Assembly: GCA_050613775.1 (NCBI GenBank)
Contig: JBODTK010000134.1
Location: 248,001 to 312,000, forward strand
Direction: 5' to 3'
Length of the DNA: 64,000 bases
From: Neocallimastix sp. 'constans'
Lineage: Eukaryota
The notes beneath the pieces were generated by a model. That model worked only from the letters and a program-made list of their open reading frames with translations. It was not told where the DNA came from and ran no database searches. A program made the translations under genes and the position numbers. Below, piece by piece: positions 1-14,025 of the stretch (its first letter is position 1; every line of letters starts with the position of its first letter).

Positions 1-196
1 AAAAGATAATTAAAAACAATATATATAATATGTATCACTAATATATTTTAATTATATAAAATATAAAAATAATAATATATATATAATAGAATTGATATAA
101 ATTAAAATATAATATATATAATATAATATAATATATATAAATTTTATATAATATTTATTTATTTATTTATTTTATATTTATTTACCTTTTAGTTTA

Positions 197-197
<1 letters not shown>

Positions 198-261
<64 letters not shown>
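198..261. repeat. (AAT)n microsatellite
   Basis: Pure aat run. Confidence 0.95.
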
Positions 262-264
<3 letters not shown>

Positions 265-1217
265 TTTCATAATATTATTATATAGGATTATACTTTATAT
301 TTTTACCTATTCATTATTTTTTATTAATTCCCACTCTTCTTGTGCTGAATGAATTATACGAACCACTGTTTATAGGAATTAATAATATTTTTAAAAAAAA
401 AAAAAAATACAAACCAAACCAAACCAGAGTAAGCCATTACTGATATATCAATATAATAGCCAACAATTTAAATAAATAGCTGGTTTAGGTTTATTTTTCT
501 ATTTTTTTTTTCTATGAACATTATTATATTATTCAATTGGTATTTGTGTTTTTATTTGAATAATAATAGTTTATATTGTTTATTTATTTTATTCCTATTT
601 GTATTTATATTTTATTATATATTTTATTATATTGACTCTTATTACAACGTCTTTTTCCTCTACAATAAAAAAGTTTTTATTTATTTATTTATTTATTTAT
701 TAATCTATTATGAATATTTATTTATTTATTTTTTATTTATTTATTTATTATTTTTTGGTGAAAAAATTAAAATAAAAAAAAAAAAAGATGAATTTCGAAG
801 AAGGAGAATTGAGCTGCTCTATTTTATGGTTTCAGTTAACTCATCATTGGATGAAATGGTATGATAATTAGCCAATAAAAATTAAGCGTCACCATGGTTT
901 ATTTTTTAATTGTTAAATATATTTTTCTTTTTTTATTTTATTTTTTTTATAAATTAATATTAACAATTTAAATTTATTATATTAAAGTATATTATAAATA
1001 TATAGTATTTAATAAATTAATTATATTATTTAATAAAATTATAATTTAATTAATAAAATTTATTTTACATAAATTATATAAACCCATATTTGAAATATAA
1101 TGCAATATATTATGTTAATAAAAATTGTTTATATACAATAATATATAGTATATAATGAAATATATACAAATATATTTTATTTATTACATTTATTTTGTTA
1201 AATTAATTTTGATTTAA

Positions 1218-1264
<47 letters not shown>

Positions 1265-2159
1265 ATTAGAGACAACCATAAAATTTTAAAATTTTTACAG
1301 GCAAAATATTAGCAATAGCAAATAAATATAGATTTGAGTTATTTTAGGTTGGGAAAAAAAAAATAATAAAAAATAAAAAATAGATATAAAAAATAATCAT
1401 AATATAAATAATAATAAAATAAATGATGGATAAACAAATATTTTATTCATTTTCATTTCTTTTTTTTTTTTTTTATTTATACAATTAATATATCAAGATA
1501 ATAAAAATACTTTAAGAATATTGGTTTTCTGTTCCTATATTTAAAAAATATATCTACTTTTTTTTTTTATTTTTATTCTTATTTCAATCCATATTTTATC
1601 TATATTTTATTGTTATTTATATGACCCTTTATTATAAATAAATAACTGAAAAAAAAAAAAAGAATGTTTTAGTTTTTGATTCATTTTTTGTATTTTTTTT
1701 TTTTTTTTTTTTTTGTATTGTTTCCTGTATAAATTATTAGTAATAATGTAATGTATACAATAATAATATTAGAAGAATCAAGTAGTGACTGGTTAAAATC
1801 AAATGTAATAAAAGAGAAACAGTTGACAAAAATAGAAAGCATCAAAAAATAATTAAATGAATATGGGAAATATAACTAAATAAATTATTAATAAATAAAT
1901 AAATGTAAAAATGAATCATTATTACAAACTAACAAACTTTAATTAATAAAGGAAAAAAATATAATAAAATAAAAATAAAAATAAAAATAAAAGTAAAAAT
2001 GATAATAGTTTAATATTTTATTAAATATTATAAAATTTAAATAAAAAATTTTTAAATATGGATTTATGGATTTATATATATCAATAAATAATCATAAATG
2101 ATAAAGAAAGATAGAATAAACCTAAGATCACTTCATCTCTTTTTAAATTAAAATAGTAT

Positions 2160-2193
<34 letters not shown>

Positions 2194-2256
2194 AAAGTTC
2201 ATTAATCATTAATCATCAATAATTCAATTAATTTTATTATATTTTATTATATTTTA

Positions 2257-2430
2257 TTTTTTCTTTTTTTTTTATTTTAAACTATTTTGATTATTTTAAA
2301 CTATTTTGATTATTTTAAACTATTTTGATTATTTTAAACTATTTTGATTATTTTTTCTTTTTTTTTTATTTTAAACTATTTTGATTATTTTAAACTATTT
2401 TGATTATTTTAAACTATTTTGATTATTTTA
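2257..2430. repeat. 19-bp minisatellite (attttaaactattttgatt) in two blocks (x4, x3), each preceded by the same T-rich linker
   Basis: Units read directly. Confidence 0.9.
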
Positions 2431-5400
2431 ATATATCAAAGTTTTATTAGAATGACTCATAATTATTTATTATTATTTATTATTTATTATTTATTATTAT
2501 TATTATTATTACTAATTATTAGTGATGGCAAAAATAATAATCTAATGTTAATATTATAAAATAAAAAATAAAAAATATATTGTATATTATTACATATTAT
2601 ACATATTATATATAATTATATTATTATTATATAGTATTATATTATTATTATTATATAGTAATAGTCAACTCTATTTTTTATATAAAAATCTATCATTTTA
2701 TTTTCATCCTTAACTTTTATTTTACTTTCTAATTTTTATTTTACTTATTTGGAATTTCTTTATTTATTTGTTGTATTAAAAAAAAAATAAAATTAAAATT
2801 TTTTTTTTTTAGCTTATTGGTTGTTCATTTTATTGAGCTTGTAAAAAAAATTTTACCAGAAAATCTGGCAATTAAAAATATGAAAAAAAATTTTAAATAA
2901 GGTTTATTGATTTTGATTTATTTTATTATTATTATTTTAAATAATTATTAATAAAAAAAAAAAAAAAAAAAAAACCAATGATTAATAATATTTTACCAAC
3001 ACCACAAATAATACAAAGTAAAAAAAAAAAAAAAAAATTAACTATATAAACATGATATTATTTTTATATAATATTAATATCTATAATTGTTTTTTTTTTT
3101 TTTTTTTTCTGCATTCTACCTTATCTATAAGATTTTTAGTTTTAAAAAATAAATAAATTAATAAATTAAATAATTAAAAAGGAAATTCTAGTAAATAATA
3201 ATTATTTTATAAACGGAAATTTTAAATAACAAATAGAAAATGCTATTTTCATTATAAATAAAAAAAATTTTTTTTTATAATTATTTAAATTTATTATTCA
3301 TTTATTTAAATTTATTATTCATTTAAATATATATAAAAATAGAAAAAAAAAATTTTTTTTTTGATTAAATTATTAAAAGGATACAAAAAAAAAAAAAAAA
3401 AAAAAAAAAAAGTTGTTGATTAATGAAAGACAAGATCGTATTCTCTGGTGAATAAAAGATTTAAAATTTTAATAAATCATTTCTAATCTTTCTTGAAAGA
3501 AATAACTGTTATTATAAGCATTAATATTTAGAGAGTTAATAATAAATGTCATATATATAATAATATTAAATATTAGAATTATTTCTGTTTTGTTTTGTTT
3601 TATTTTATTTTGTTTTTGTTTTATGAAACAGATTTTCAATTGTGATAAACCATTAAAATGAATACATCTTAATCATTAAATAAATTGATCTAAATAATTA
3701 AAATAATTAAAATCCACATTCATTACTTTAAAATAATTTAATAAAAAAAATAATAAATAATTAAATAATAAATAATAAATGAATAAATAATAAATAATTA
3801 ATGATAAATGATTAATAATAAATAATAAATAATTGAATAATAAATAATAAATATAGAAATATATCTATAAAGTTCAAACATTTTCTATTTTCTATATATT
3901 TATATTACTATTGATACATAAAATTTATTAATATGCTATTTTTAGTGATATTTAAATTTTATCCTTATTTTAAATTGCCTTTTTGAATAATTAAATAATA
4001 TAACGTAATTTTTTTTTTTTTTAATTTTTTTTTATTTAATAAAAAATAATAATAATAAACTCTATATAATATTATTAAAATAATAATAACAATAATAACT
4101 AGAAAAGAAATAAAAAAAAAAAAAAAAGAATTCTTTTCTTCCCAAGATTAAAATACATGAATGAATGACATTCCTTTACTCTTTCATAACCATTAAATAA
4201 AATTTAATGAAATAAAAATATTAAATATCAGAAGAAAAAAAAATACTTATAATATAATTAATATTTTTTTTTTATTTTTATTATATACAATAAAATAAAA
4301 TAAAAAGGCTAATGATTTCATATATAATAAATAATAGTTTCAAATTTAAAAATTTTTCTTTCCTAATATATTTTTATAAATATCTTAACGCTTCACTTTT
4401 TTTTTTTTTTTTTTTTTTTTATTTTATATTTTAAAAAATTTCTTTGGTACTTTTTATTATTAATTATTTTATTTTATGGACTCTAATCCATTTTCATCCA
4501 TTGGATGGATTTAAAAATTACCTTAAAATAAAAATAATTACAAAAAAAAAAAAAAATTTTTTTTTTTAAACTTTTTTTTTTTTCTTTTTTAATACTAATA
4601 AAACATAAAAATGTATTTTATAGATTATAAAATTTTATTTTAAATAATATTTTTTTTTACCTTTTTTTTAATTCTTTTTTATTTATTTATTAATTTTTTA
4701 AATTACAATTAAAAAAAAATAAAAATAAATAAATAATAAAATAATAAAAATATAAAATAATTTGGTTTCTGAATAAAATTTAGTTTTATATTCTATTTTT
4801 TTTTCTTTTTTTTAACATATAATTTATGATATAAATAATAATAAATCTATTATTTTTTTATTAGTCCTTTTTAATTATTAAATAGGAAGACTTATTTAAA
4901 AGCTAACCTTTTATTTTTTCTAAATTTTATTATTTTTTTTTTTTTTTTATAAATTGACTACTTTTTTTATTTAAACAATAAAAATTATTAATAATAATAT
5001 TAATATTATTAATATGACCCATCTATTCAACAATTAAAAAAATAAATGATAACCCTTTCCATTCCTTTTTTTTTTCCAATCGGTCATTTATTTAAAATAT
5101 TATTAGCAATTATATATTATAAACTATTAATTAATTATTATATAATTAAATAATATAAACTATTCTAATTAACTTTTTATTGTCATTTTCATTATAATAA
5201 TTATTATTGTTATGAATATTATTAATTACTAATAAAAAAAAAAAATATATATATATATATATATTTATCATTATATCATTATATAATTTAATATTAATTT
5301 TGATTAAGATTAACTAAATATTACTATTATTATTATTATTATTTACCCAACTATTATAATAAAGTTTTATTATTATAAATTATTATTAGTATTACCACTA

Positions 5401-6366
5401 TCATTGTCATCAATTATTAATTATTATAAAAAAAAAAAAAAAAAGTAAAAAAAAAAAAAGGATATATAATAATTATATTTTAATTATATTTTATACTATT
5501 TTATTTTATAATTTCAAAAAATATTAGTTTTTTTTTTAAACATTAACAAAAATCATTTAATTATCTAAAATATTAATTTGAAATCAAAAAAAAAAAAAAA
5601 ATATTTTTTTTTTTTTTAAAAAAATAATAAAATTTTAAATAATAAATAATAGTCCTTTTTTATATATATATATAATAATATTAATATATCATTATATTGA
5701 ATGAATACATTATAAATACAGAAAAAAACATTTATATTTTTTATATTTATTTTATATATTTATTAACTTTTTATCATTATTATTGCTTTTTTTTTTTTTT
5801 TTAATCTTCTTATTTTTATTTTTTATTCTTAGTCTTATTTTTTAAAATATATATATATATATTTATAAATAATTAATAATATAAATGGTTATAATTAAAT
5901 AGAAAAAAAAAAAAAAGCAAAACTATAAAATATAATATTTTTATTTATTATTATTAATTATTATTATTATTGTAATTTTTTTTTGCTTAACCATTACTAC
6001 TAATTACTATTAAATTTATTATTAAATTTATAATTATTGTATTAAAATTATTATACTATTAAAATTATTATTATTATTATTATATTATTATTATAATTAT
6101 TATATTATTATTATTACTATTATTTATTATTATTTTTAAAGTTGTTTAACAAAGATTGTTTAATATTTAAAAATTTAATCGATTCCATTAAAACAAAAAA
6201 CAAATTGAAAAATATATATATATATAAAATAAATATTATAAAATTTATATATATATAATAAATTATAAGATATTTATATGTATATAATATATATAATATA
6301 GATATAATAACTTTTTAATTTCATTGTTAAAATTGTCTATTCGATATAATGACGTTTAATAAAACC

Positions 6367-6398
<32 letters not shown>

Positions 6399-6970
6399 CA
6401 AAAATAAAAATAAATAAAAATTAAATAAATAAACATAATAAATAAAAAAATAAATAAATAAAAAAAGACAGATCAAATTTTTATATGTATCTATTATATG
6501 ATGATCTAAAATGTGATATTCATATATATAAAAACATTAATTTAAAGAGTTCAACCTTCAATAAATAATATATAAGAAGGACTGAAAATTAAAATTAAAA
6601 AAGTTAAAAGGTTAAAAAGTTAATATTTAATATTTAATATTTAATATTTGATATTTGATATTTGATATTTAATATTTAATAATTGAAAAGAAAAAAAAAT
6701 TGTCTTTTTTTTTTTTTTTTTTTTTATTATATTTTATTTTTTATTTTTATTTTATTATTAAATTAAATTATAAAATAATAAAATATGAATGAAATAAAAT
6801 ATTTTATCCGAGGAATAGTTCAGTCATAAGAAAAAAAAATTTTTTTTTTAAAAAATATTTCTGTTTGAAATAAATCTTCAATTATAATGATAATACTTTA
6901 GAATTAAAATATAATTAATAGGGATATTAAATAATGAATAAAAGAGAAATAGAATAGAATAAATAAAAGT

Positions 6971-7190
<220 letters not shown>

Positions 7191-8049
7191 TGAGTAGTCA
7201 TCAGAGTATTAAAGATGAGAATAATAACAATATTTAAATAGTAATTTAAAATACTTTATTTATTTTATTTTATTTTTTGTTTCATTATTATCTATCAAAA
7301 TAGAATTAATAAAAAAAAAAAAAAAAAATAGAAAATAAAAAAAAGTACCTTATTACCTAAAAAAAAAAAAAAAAATTTATGGATTTTTTTTAAATTTTTT
7401 TAAAATTAATTTTTAAACTTTTTAATTATTTTTAATACATAAATTAAATTAATTTTATTTAATTAAATTAATTAAATAAATTAAATTAAATTAAAAGTTT
7501 AAAAATTAAAAAATTAAAAAGTTTAAAAATTAATTTTAAAAATTTAACATTCAGTAATATTAGTTAATAAATAATCAATAGATTAGTCGGTTAACTAATA
7601 GTTGTTTATTTTTTATTTTGTCCATTGTTTTTAAAAAAATAAATAAAAATAAATTAAATATCTATATAGAAAATCATTAAAAATGTATATAAAAATATAT
7701 ATAAAAAAAAATATATAAATATATAAAAATATATATTTATATATATTTATATGTATATAAAATATATATAAAAATATATATAAAAATATATAAAAATATA
7801 AATTATATTTATATAATATATATAAATATTAAATATATTAAAGAGATCTAAATTTATATATAAACTATACAAATTATATTATATAAATATATATAAATAT
7901 AAATAAATTAATATATAACATATAAAATTAAAAATAAAAAAAGAGAATTTTCATTTCAAAAAATTTATTTATTTATTTATTTATCTATTTATTTAAAAAT
8001 TTCAAAATTTTTAAAATTTTCATTTTAATTAAAAAGACATCACATATTT

Positions 8050-8445
8050 CTATATTTTATATTTTATATTTTATATTTTATATTTTATATTTATATTTTA
8101 TATTTATATTTTATATTTATATTTTATATTTTATATTTTATGTTTTATATTTTATATTTATTTTTTATATTTATATTTTATATTTTATATTTTATATTTT
8201 ATATTTTATGTTTTATATTTTATATTTATATTTTATATTTATATTTTATATTTATATTTTATAATTTATATTTTATATTTTATATTTATATTTTATATTT
8301 TATATTTTATATTTTATATTTTATTATTTTATATTTTATATTTTATATTTATATTTTATATTTATATTTTATATTTATATTTATATTTTATATTTTATAT
8401 TTTATATTTTATATTTATATTTTATATTTTATATTTTATATTTTA
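8050..8445. repeat. Mixed (TTTTATA)/(TTTATA) low-complexity satellite
   Basis: Direct reading; explains the F/I/Y/L ORF 8140..8550. Confidence 0.9.
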
Positions 8446-9196
8446 CATACTCCTTTGCTATATAATCTTATTTTATTATTATATTTATATATATATATAT
8501 TTTATTTTTTCTTAAATAAATTAAAAAAAAAAAGTATAAACAAATCATGAATAAATAAATTAAAAGGTTATTTTAAAATTAACCTGAAAATATACAAATA
8601 AAAAATAAAATTTAAAATAAATGAAATAAACTCAAAATAAAATAAAATGAATTGAAATAATTAAATAAATAAATAAATAAATAATAATTAAATAATATAA
8701 ATAATACAAATAATATAAATAATTAAATAATAAATATGATTAAATGGATAATATAATAAATAATATTTAATAAGTCATATAGAAATATTTCTTTTTATTT
8801 TATTTTATTTTATTATAAATTTTATTTTTAATTTCAAATAAAAGGTGGATTCAAATTTTTTTATCTATTTTAAATAATCAAATATATATTTATATATATT
8901 GTTATATATGAATATTTAGTAATAATAATTTTTTTTTTTTTAAAAAATAAAAAAAAAAAAAATTGCATAAAATGATTTAAATTTTATATTATATACTTTT
9001 TTTTTTTTTTTTATAATTGTCTTTTTATTTTTATTTTTATTTATATTATTATTTTTTTGTTATTTTTAAATCTACGTACATACCCATACACTGAAAAAAA
9101 AATAAATAAATAAATAATTCTATGGGTTATAGCAATTAAATTCTGTTATTTGCTATATAATATTTATGGTAAATTGATTTTTTTTTATTTTATTTT

Positions 9197-9350
9197 ATAT
9201 ATATATATCTTTTTTATTTTTAAAACATTGAGATATAAAGGCATTTCTAATTATTTCAAGATTTTATTTTATTATATATATATATCTTTCTTATTTTTAA
9301 ATCATTGAGATATAAAAGTATTTCTAATTATTTCAAGATTTTATTTTATT
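9197..9350. repeat. Imperfect tandem duplication (~77-bp period)
   Basis: cattgagatataaa(gg/ag)(c/t)atttctaattatttcaagattttatttt occurs twice. Confidence 0.85.
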
Positions 9351-9593
9351 TTTATTATTTATTAATTACAATAACTTGATTATTTGTATTCAATAGTTAA
9401 ATAAATATGTTTATTTTAAAAGATTTATAATTTTCTTTAAATTTTTTTTCCCATGTAATTATTAATATGAAATTAACAATTAATAATTAATATAATTTTG
9501 TTAATAGTTCCATTTCATAAAATATTATTAGTAATGATACTATTTCATAAAAATTTATATCTTATTACTAATAAATAATTTTTATGAGAGAAA

Positions 9594-9624
<31 letters not shown>

Positions 9625-9763
9625 GCCTATTCCTATTTTTAATATTTTTTTTTTAATTTGAATCAACGGATGATGTAATGCCTTACCAACGATACATTTT
9701 GTAATTATGTATAAGGAAAAGAGAAAAACATTTCCTGAGCTTTTTACCATAAAATTAATATAA

Positions 9764-9801
<38 letters not shown>

Positions 9802-10216
9802 TTTTAAGTTAAAATATTGATTATTAAACAATAGATTATATTATTAAAAAAGAAAATTTATTATTAAAAAACATATTTTTATTATTAAAGAATATATTTG
9901 TAATATTACTATGTAATATATATTTTAGTAATAATACTTTTTTTTTTATATAATAATATTATTAATAGTTTTTATGTAATATTTCAAAAAAAAAAAATTT
10001 TTTTTTTTGCCTATTCCTATTTTTAATATTTTTTTTAATTTGAATCGACCGATGATGTAATGCCTTACCAACGACACATTTTGTAATTATGTATAAAGAA
10101 AGAGAAAAATAGTTCCATAATATTAAATAATAAAAGTACGCCCACCTACATCTTTATATATATTTTAATGAATAAAATGTTGACTATTAAAGATTATTTT
10201 TAATTATTAAAGAATA

Positions 10217-10253
<37 letters not shown>

Positions 10254-11191
10254 AAATATAAAATATTAATTTGAAATAGATATATTTTAATATTATGCAT
10301 TAGTTTTAATGTTTCATTAGAAAAAATTTCTAAATATACATTAGTTTTAATGTTTCATAAGAAAAGATTTCTAAAAATCAAATACAAAGTAGGATTTAAT
10401 TTATTATGAATATTATTAGTATTTTGATTTCTATTATAATAATTGAGTCAATTTTTTTTCTCTATAGTTTCAATTTATTAATATAAAGTAAAAAAAAAAA
10501 AAAAAAAATTGTAACAATAATAATAATGGATATTAAATAAATAATATAAATAAATAAAAATACATAAGAATAAATAACAATAAATAAAAGTAAATAAATT
10601 ATTAAATAATTAAAATAAATCAAAATATTTCAAAATAAATAAATAAATAAATAAATAAATAAATTAGTTAATATTATTTAAAAAAAAATAAAAAAATAAA
10701 ATAAAATAAATTAATGTATATATTTATATATAATTTATAATTTGCTTTTAATAACATAATTATTAACATTATTTAGAAAACTAATCTTTTTTATTATTAT
10801 TATTATTATTTATTTATTTATATCAGGAAAAAAACAAAGATTAGGATAAAATTTATTATTTATTCTTAGCATTTGTAGATTTAAAAAATATATATATATA
10901 TATATTTCTTCTATTTATGAAAGAATATTGTTTATTTTCATTATAATTTATTTCTATTCATAAAATATTATTTTCCTAATATTTTTTTTAATATATATAT
11001 ATTTGTTCTTTTGTCACTTCAGCTGAATCATTCTTATTATATTTATTTTATTTTATAGTTATAATTTTATCTTTGTTTTTATTAATTTTTTTCTTTTTCC
11101 TTTTCTTTCTCTCTTTCCTACTTCTACTATTTACTATTTTCATCTAATTAGTATTTGTCATATTACTATTTAATTTATATTTTGGTGATAC

Positions 11192-11237
<46 letters not shown>

Positions 11238-11460
11238 ATTATTAATAATAGTTTTTTATGTAATATTTCGAAAAAAATTTTTTTTTTGCCTATTCCTATC
11301 TTTAATATCTTTAATATTATTAATATTATTAATGTTTTTTTAATTTGAATCAACCGATGATGTAATACTTTACCAACGACACATTTTGTAATTGTGTATA
11401 AAGAAAGAGAAAAACATTTCCTGATCTTTTTACCATAAAATCAATATAATTTTATATATA
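9625..11460. repeat. Triplicated ~150-bp element (copies ~9625-9770, ~10009-10110 truncated, ~11288-11460)
   Basis: Shared core gcctattcctat...aatttgaatc(a/g)ac(c/g)gatgatgtaat(gcc/act)ttaccaacga(c/t)acattttgtaatt...aaagagaaaaa in all three. Confidence 0.9.
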
Positions 11461-12567
11461 CCTAACCCTTTTTGATTTAAAATATTGATGATTAAAGAAT
11501 ATATTTTATTTTTATATTTTTATAATTGAAGAACAGAATTTATATTAAAGAATACACAAGAAAAAAAAAAATTTTTTTTTTTCTTTTAATAAAATTATTT
11601 AAAAATAATTAAATTATATATATAATTTTTTAAAAGTATCCATTTTAATTCTATATTAAAATTATAATTAGTATTAAACTATTTATTATATATTATTTAT
11701 ATTAAACTGTATATTTATTTACATATGGAAATTAAGTTTTAATGATCATTAAATAACGTTGAAATTTTATTTTAAAGTAATATTTTGAAGTAAAAAAAAG
11801 TTTATCATTAATTAAATATATATATATAATTTTTAAAAATAACAAAATATTTATTTTATGAATTGATACGTAAATAAATTCAACAAAAGAATATAAAAAA
11901 ATAAAAAAAAAAAAATATTTAATATTATTTAATAAAATAAAATGGGCTATCTAAATTTTTTATTAAATAGAATTAAATTTAAATACTTAGATATATAGAT
12001 ATATATAGATATATATATATATTTTTTTTTTTTTAAAAAAATTTTTTTTTTCAAAAAATTAAAATATTATCTAATTTAAAAATAAAATTTTAAATAAACA
12101 ATAAAAATAGTCTTTTGTAATATCTAATTTAAAAATAAATTTTTAAATAAATAATAAAAATTGTCTTTATTAATTAGAACTAAAAGTAAAAATTTAAAAA
12201 AAAATAAAAATAGTCTTTATTAATTAGAACTAGTAAAAATTTAAAAAAAAAAATAATAATAATAATCAATTTTTTTAATTATCTTTTATTTTAAATTTGA
12301 ATAATACTAATCAATATATAAATAAATTAATGAATTAATAAATGCTAAAATTTTTATCATATATTTCATTTTTACTCAAATATTTTATTTTATTTATGAT
12401 TTTTATTTATATTTTTTTAGTTTATTTTTATTTTGGTTTATGTTTAATTTTACAATGATTATTTACAATTCTATAAGATAAATTTTTAATATTTAAATAT
12501 ATTAAAATAATTAAAGGTTGTATTTTTTAATTTAAATGAAAAAAAAAAAAAAAAAAAATTAACTCAT

Positions 12568-13809
12568 TTAATCCAAATCAAATTCGGAATCTTCGATGGT
12601 TTGTTGATCGGATGAATCAGAAACTACTGTAGCTTCTTCATCTTCACTTTCATTTTCATTTTCATTTTCATCTTCATTTTCTACAGTTTCACTATCTTTA
12701 TTTGTTTCTTCATTATTACTTTCTTCTGAATTTTTGATTTGTTCTTCATCATTAGATTTTTCATCATCATTAATAGAAGTATTGGAAGAAGAATTATCAT
12801 TATTATTGTCATGTCTTGATTCAGTACTACTTTGTTCTGATTTATTTGATTTTGGAATATCAACTTTATTAATAGTATTAGTATTATTGTTATTATTTGG
12901 TGAAATTTCTTTATTTTGATTATCTGGTAAAGGTTTAGATGATAAGCAATCAGATGAAGAACAGTCTTTTCCCTTTTCACAATCTTTATTTTCTTTATTA
13001 TTTTCTTTATTATTTTCTTTATTTTCTGAGCAAGGACATGGAGATTTATGAATTGAATCATCATTTCCTATATGACCTCCAATATGACCTCCAATATGGC
13101 CACTAATACCTATACCAGCACTAATACCAGCACCAGTCTTAATACCTTTACCAGTTTTAATACCTGCTCCAGCCTTAATACCTAAACCAGTTCTAATTCC
13201 TGTTCCAGCTTTAATACCTGCTCCTCCTTTAATACCTGTTCCAGCTTTAATACCTGCTCCTCCTTTAATACCTGCTCCTGCTTTAACACTTGTTCCAGTT
13301 TTAACACCTGCTCCAGCCTTAATACCTACTCCAGCATTAATACCTAAACCAGTTTTAATACCTGCTCCAGCCTTAATACCTACTCCAGCATTAATACCTA
13401 AACCAGTTTTAATATCTGCTCCAGCTTTAATGTTAGTTCCTGCTTTAATATCAGCTCCTGCTTTAATATTAGTTTCTGATTTTATACTACCTTTTCCTTT
13501 AATTAATTTATTAATTCGATTATCAATAGCTTTAATAATGTTAATTCCTCCATGTCCTACAATTTTACCATTAGCATTAGCACCAATCTTAGTTTTGCTT
13601 TTAGTTTCAATTTTGACTCCGCCATTAACACCTAAATGTCCATTTAAATGACCATCTAAAGATCCATTAAGTTTTGAAGAATTTCCATGACCATTACTAT
13701 GGCCTAAAATATGACTCCCTCTCAAACCATCTAAACATGGAATTGGTGAAGCATTTGAGATACTTAATGATAAAGAAGCAATAATACATAAAATAAAAGT
13801 ACAACGCAT
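12568..13809 (-). CDS. Secreted Gly/Lys hexapeptide-repeat protein with acidic tail, copy 1 (413 aa)
   Basis: Intact ORF; signal peptide MRCTFILCIIASLSLSISNA; ~22 IKAGAG-type units; GHIG, Cys/ENNK and D/E/N/S tail; GC above flanks. Confidence 0.92.
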   Translation of the reverse strand: MRCTFILCIIASLSLSISNASPIPCLDGLRGSHILGHSNGHGNSSKLNGSLDGHLNGHLGVNGGVKIETKSKTKIGANANGKIVGHGGINIIKAIDNRINKLIKGKGSIKSETNIKAGADIKAGTNIKAGADIKTGLGINAGVGIKAGAGIKTGLGINAGVGIKAGAGVKTGTSVKAGAGIKGGAGIKAGTGIKGGAGIKAGTGIRTGLGIKAGAGIKTGKGIKTGAGISAGIGISGHIGGHIGGHIGNDDSIHKSPCPCSENKENNKENNKENKDCEKGKDCSSSDCLSSKPLPDNQNKEISPNNNNNTNTINKVDIPKSNKSEQSSTESRHDNNNDNSSSNTSINDDEKSNDEEQIKNSEESNNEETNKDSETVENEDENENENESEDEEATVVSDSSDQQTIEDSEFDLD

Positions 13810-13981
13810 TTTGGATTTTATTATAATTTTTATATTTAGTAATAAAATATTAAATTAATTTTGATTATATTTTATTTAATTTTAAAATTATAAATTTATA
13901 TAAAATTAAATTAAATAGTTTTAAAATTGTTTTATAAATTTTTTAAAAAAATATCTTATAAAATTATTTTAATTAAGTATT

Positions 13982-14025
13982 AAAAAGATAAACTATATAA
14001 ATATACAAGGTAAGTTTATCTTTTT
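13982..14025. promoter_or_regulatory. 44-bp palindrome with inverted AGATAA (GATA-like) half-sites upstream of copy 1; present upstream of all 13 copies
   Basis: aaaaagataaact-N18-agtttatcttttt. Other copies: 17075-17118, 20074-20117, 22791-22834, 25662-25705, 27456-27499, 30411-30454, 33290-33333, 36406-36449, 38660-38703, 41779-41822, 44581-44624, 47407-47450. The regulatory role is inferred. Confidence 0.6.

Noticed and set aside
514..864. 116-aa ORF, and similar F/I/Y/L-rich ORFs at 8140, 11155 and 14907
   Set aside because: Translations of T-rich low-complexity DNA with no coding signature.
9568..9750. 60-aa - strand ORF in the triplicated element
   Set aside because: It runs into poly-A, and the start and frame are not preserved in the other two copies.
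13430..13651. Antisense PAPALI, MTSN and YDLQ/YFLY repeat ORFs over the array genes
   Set aside because: Reverse-strand shadows of the IKAGAG, GHIG and ENNK codons, with inconsistent starts and ends between copies.
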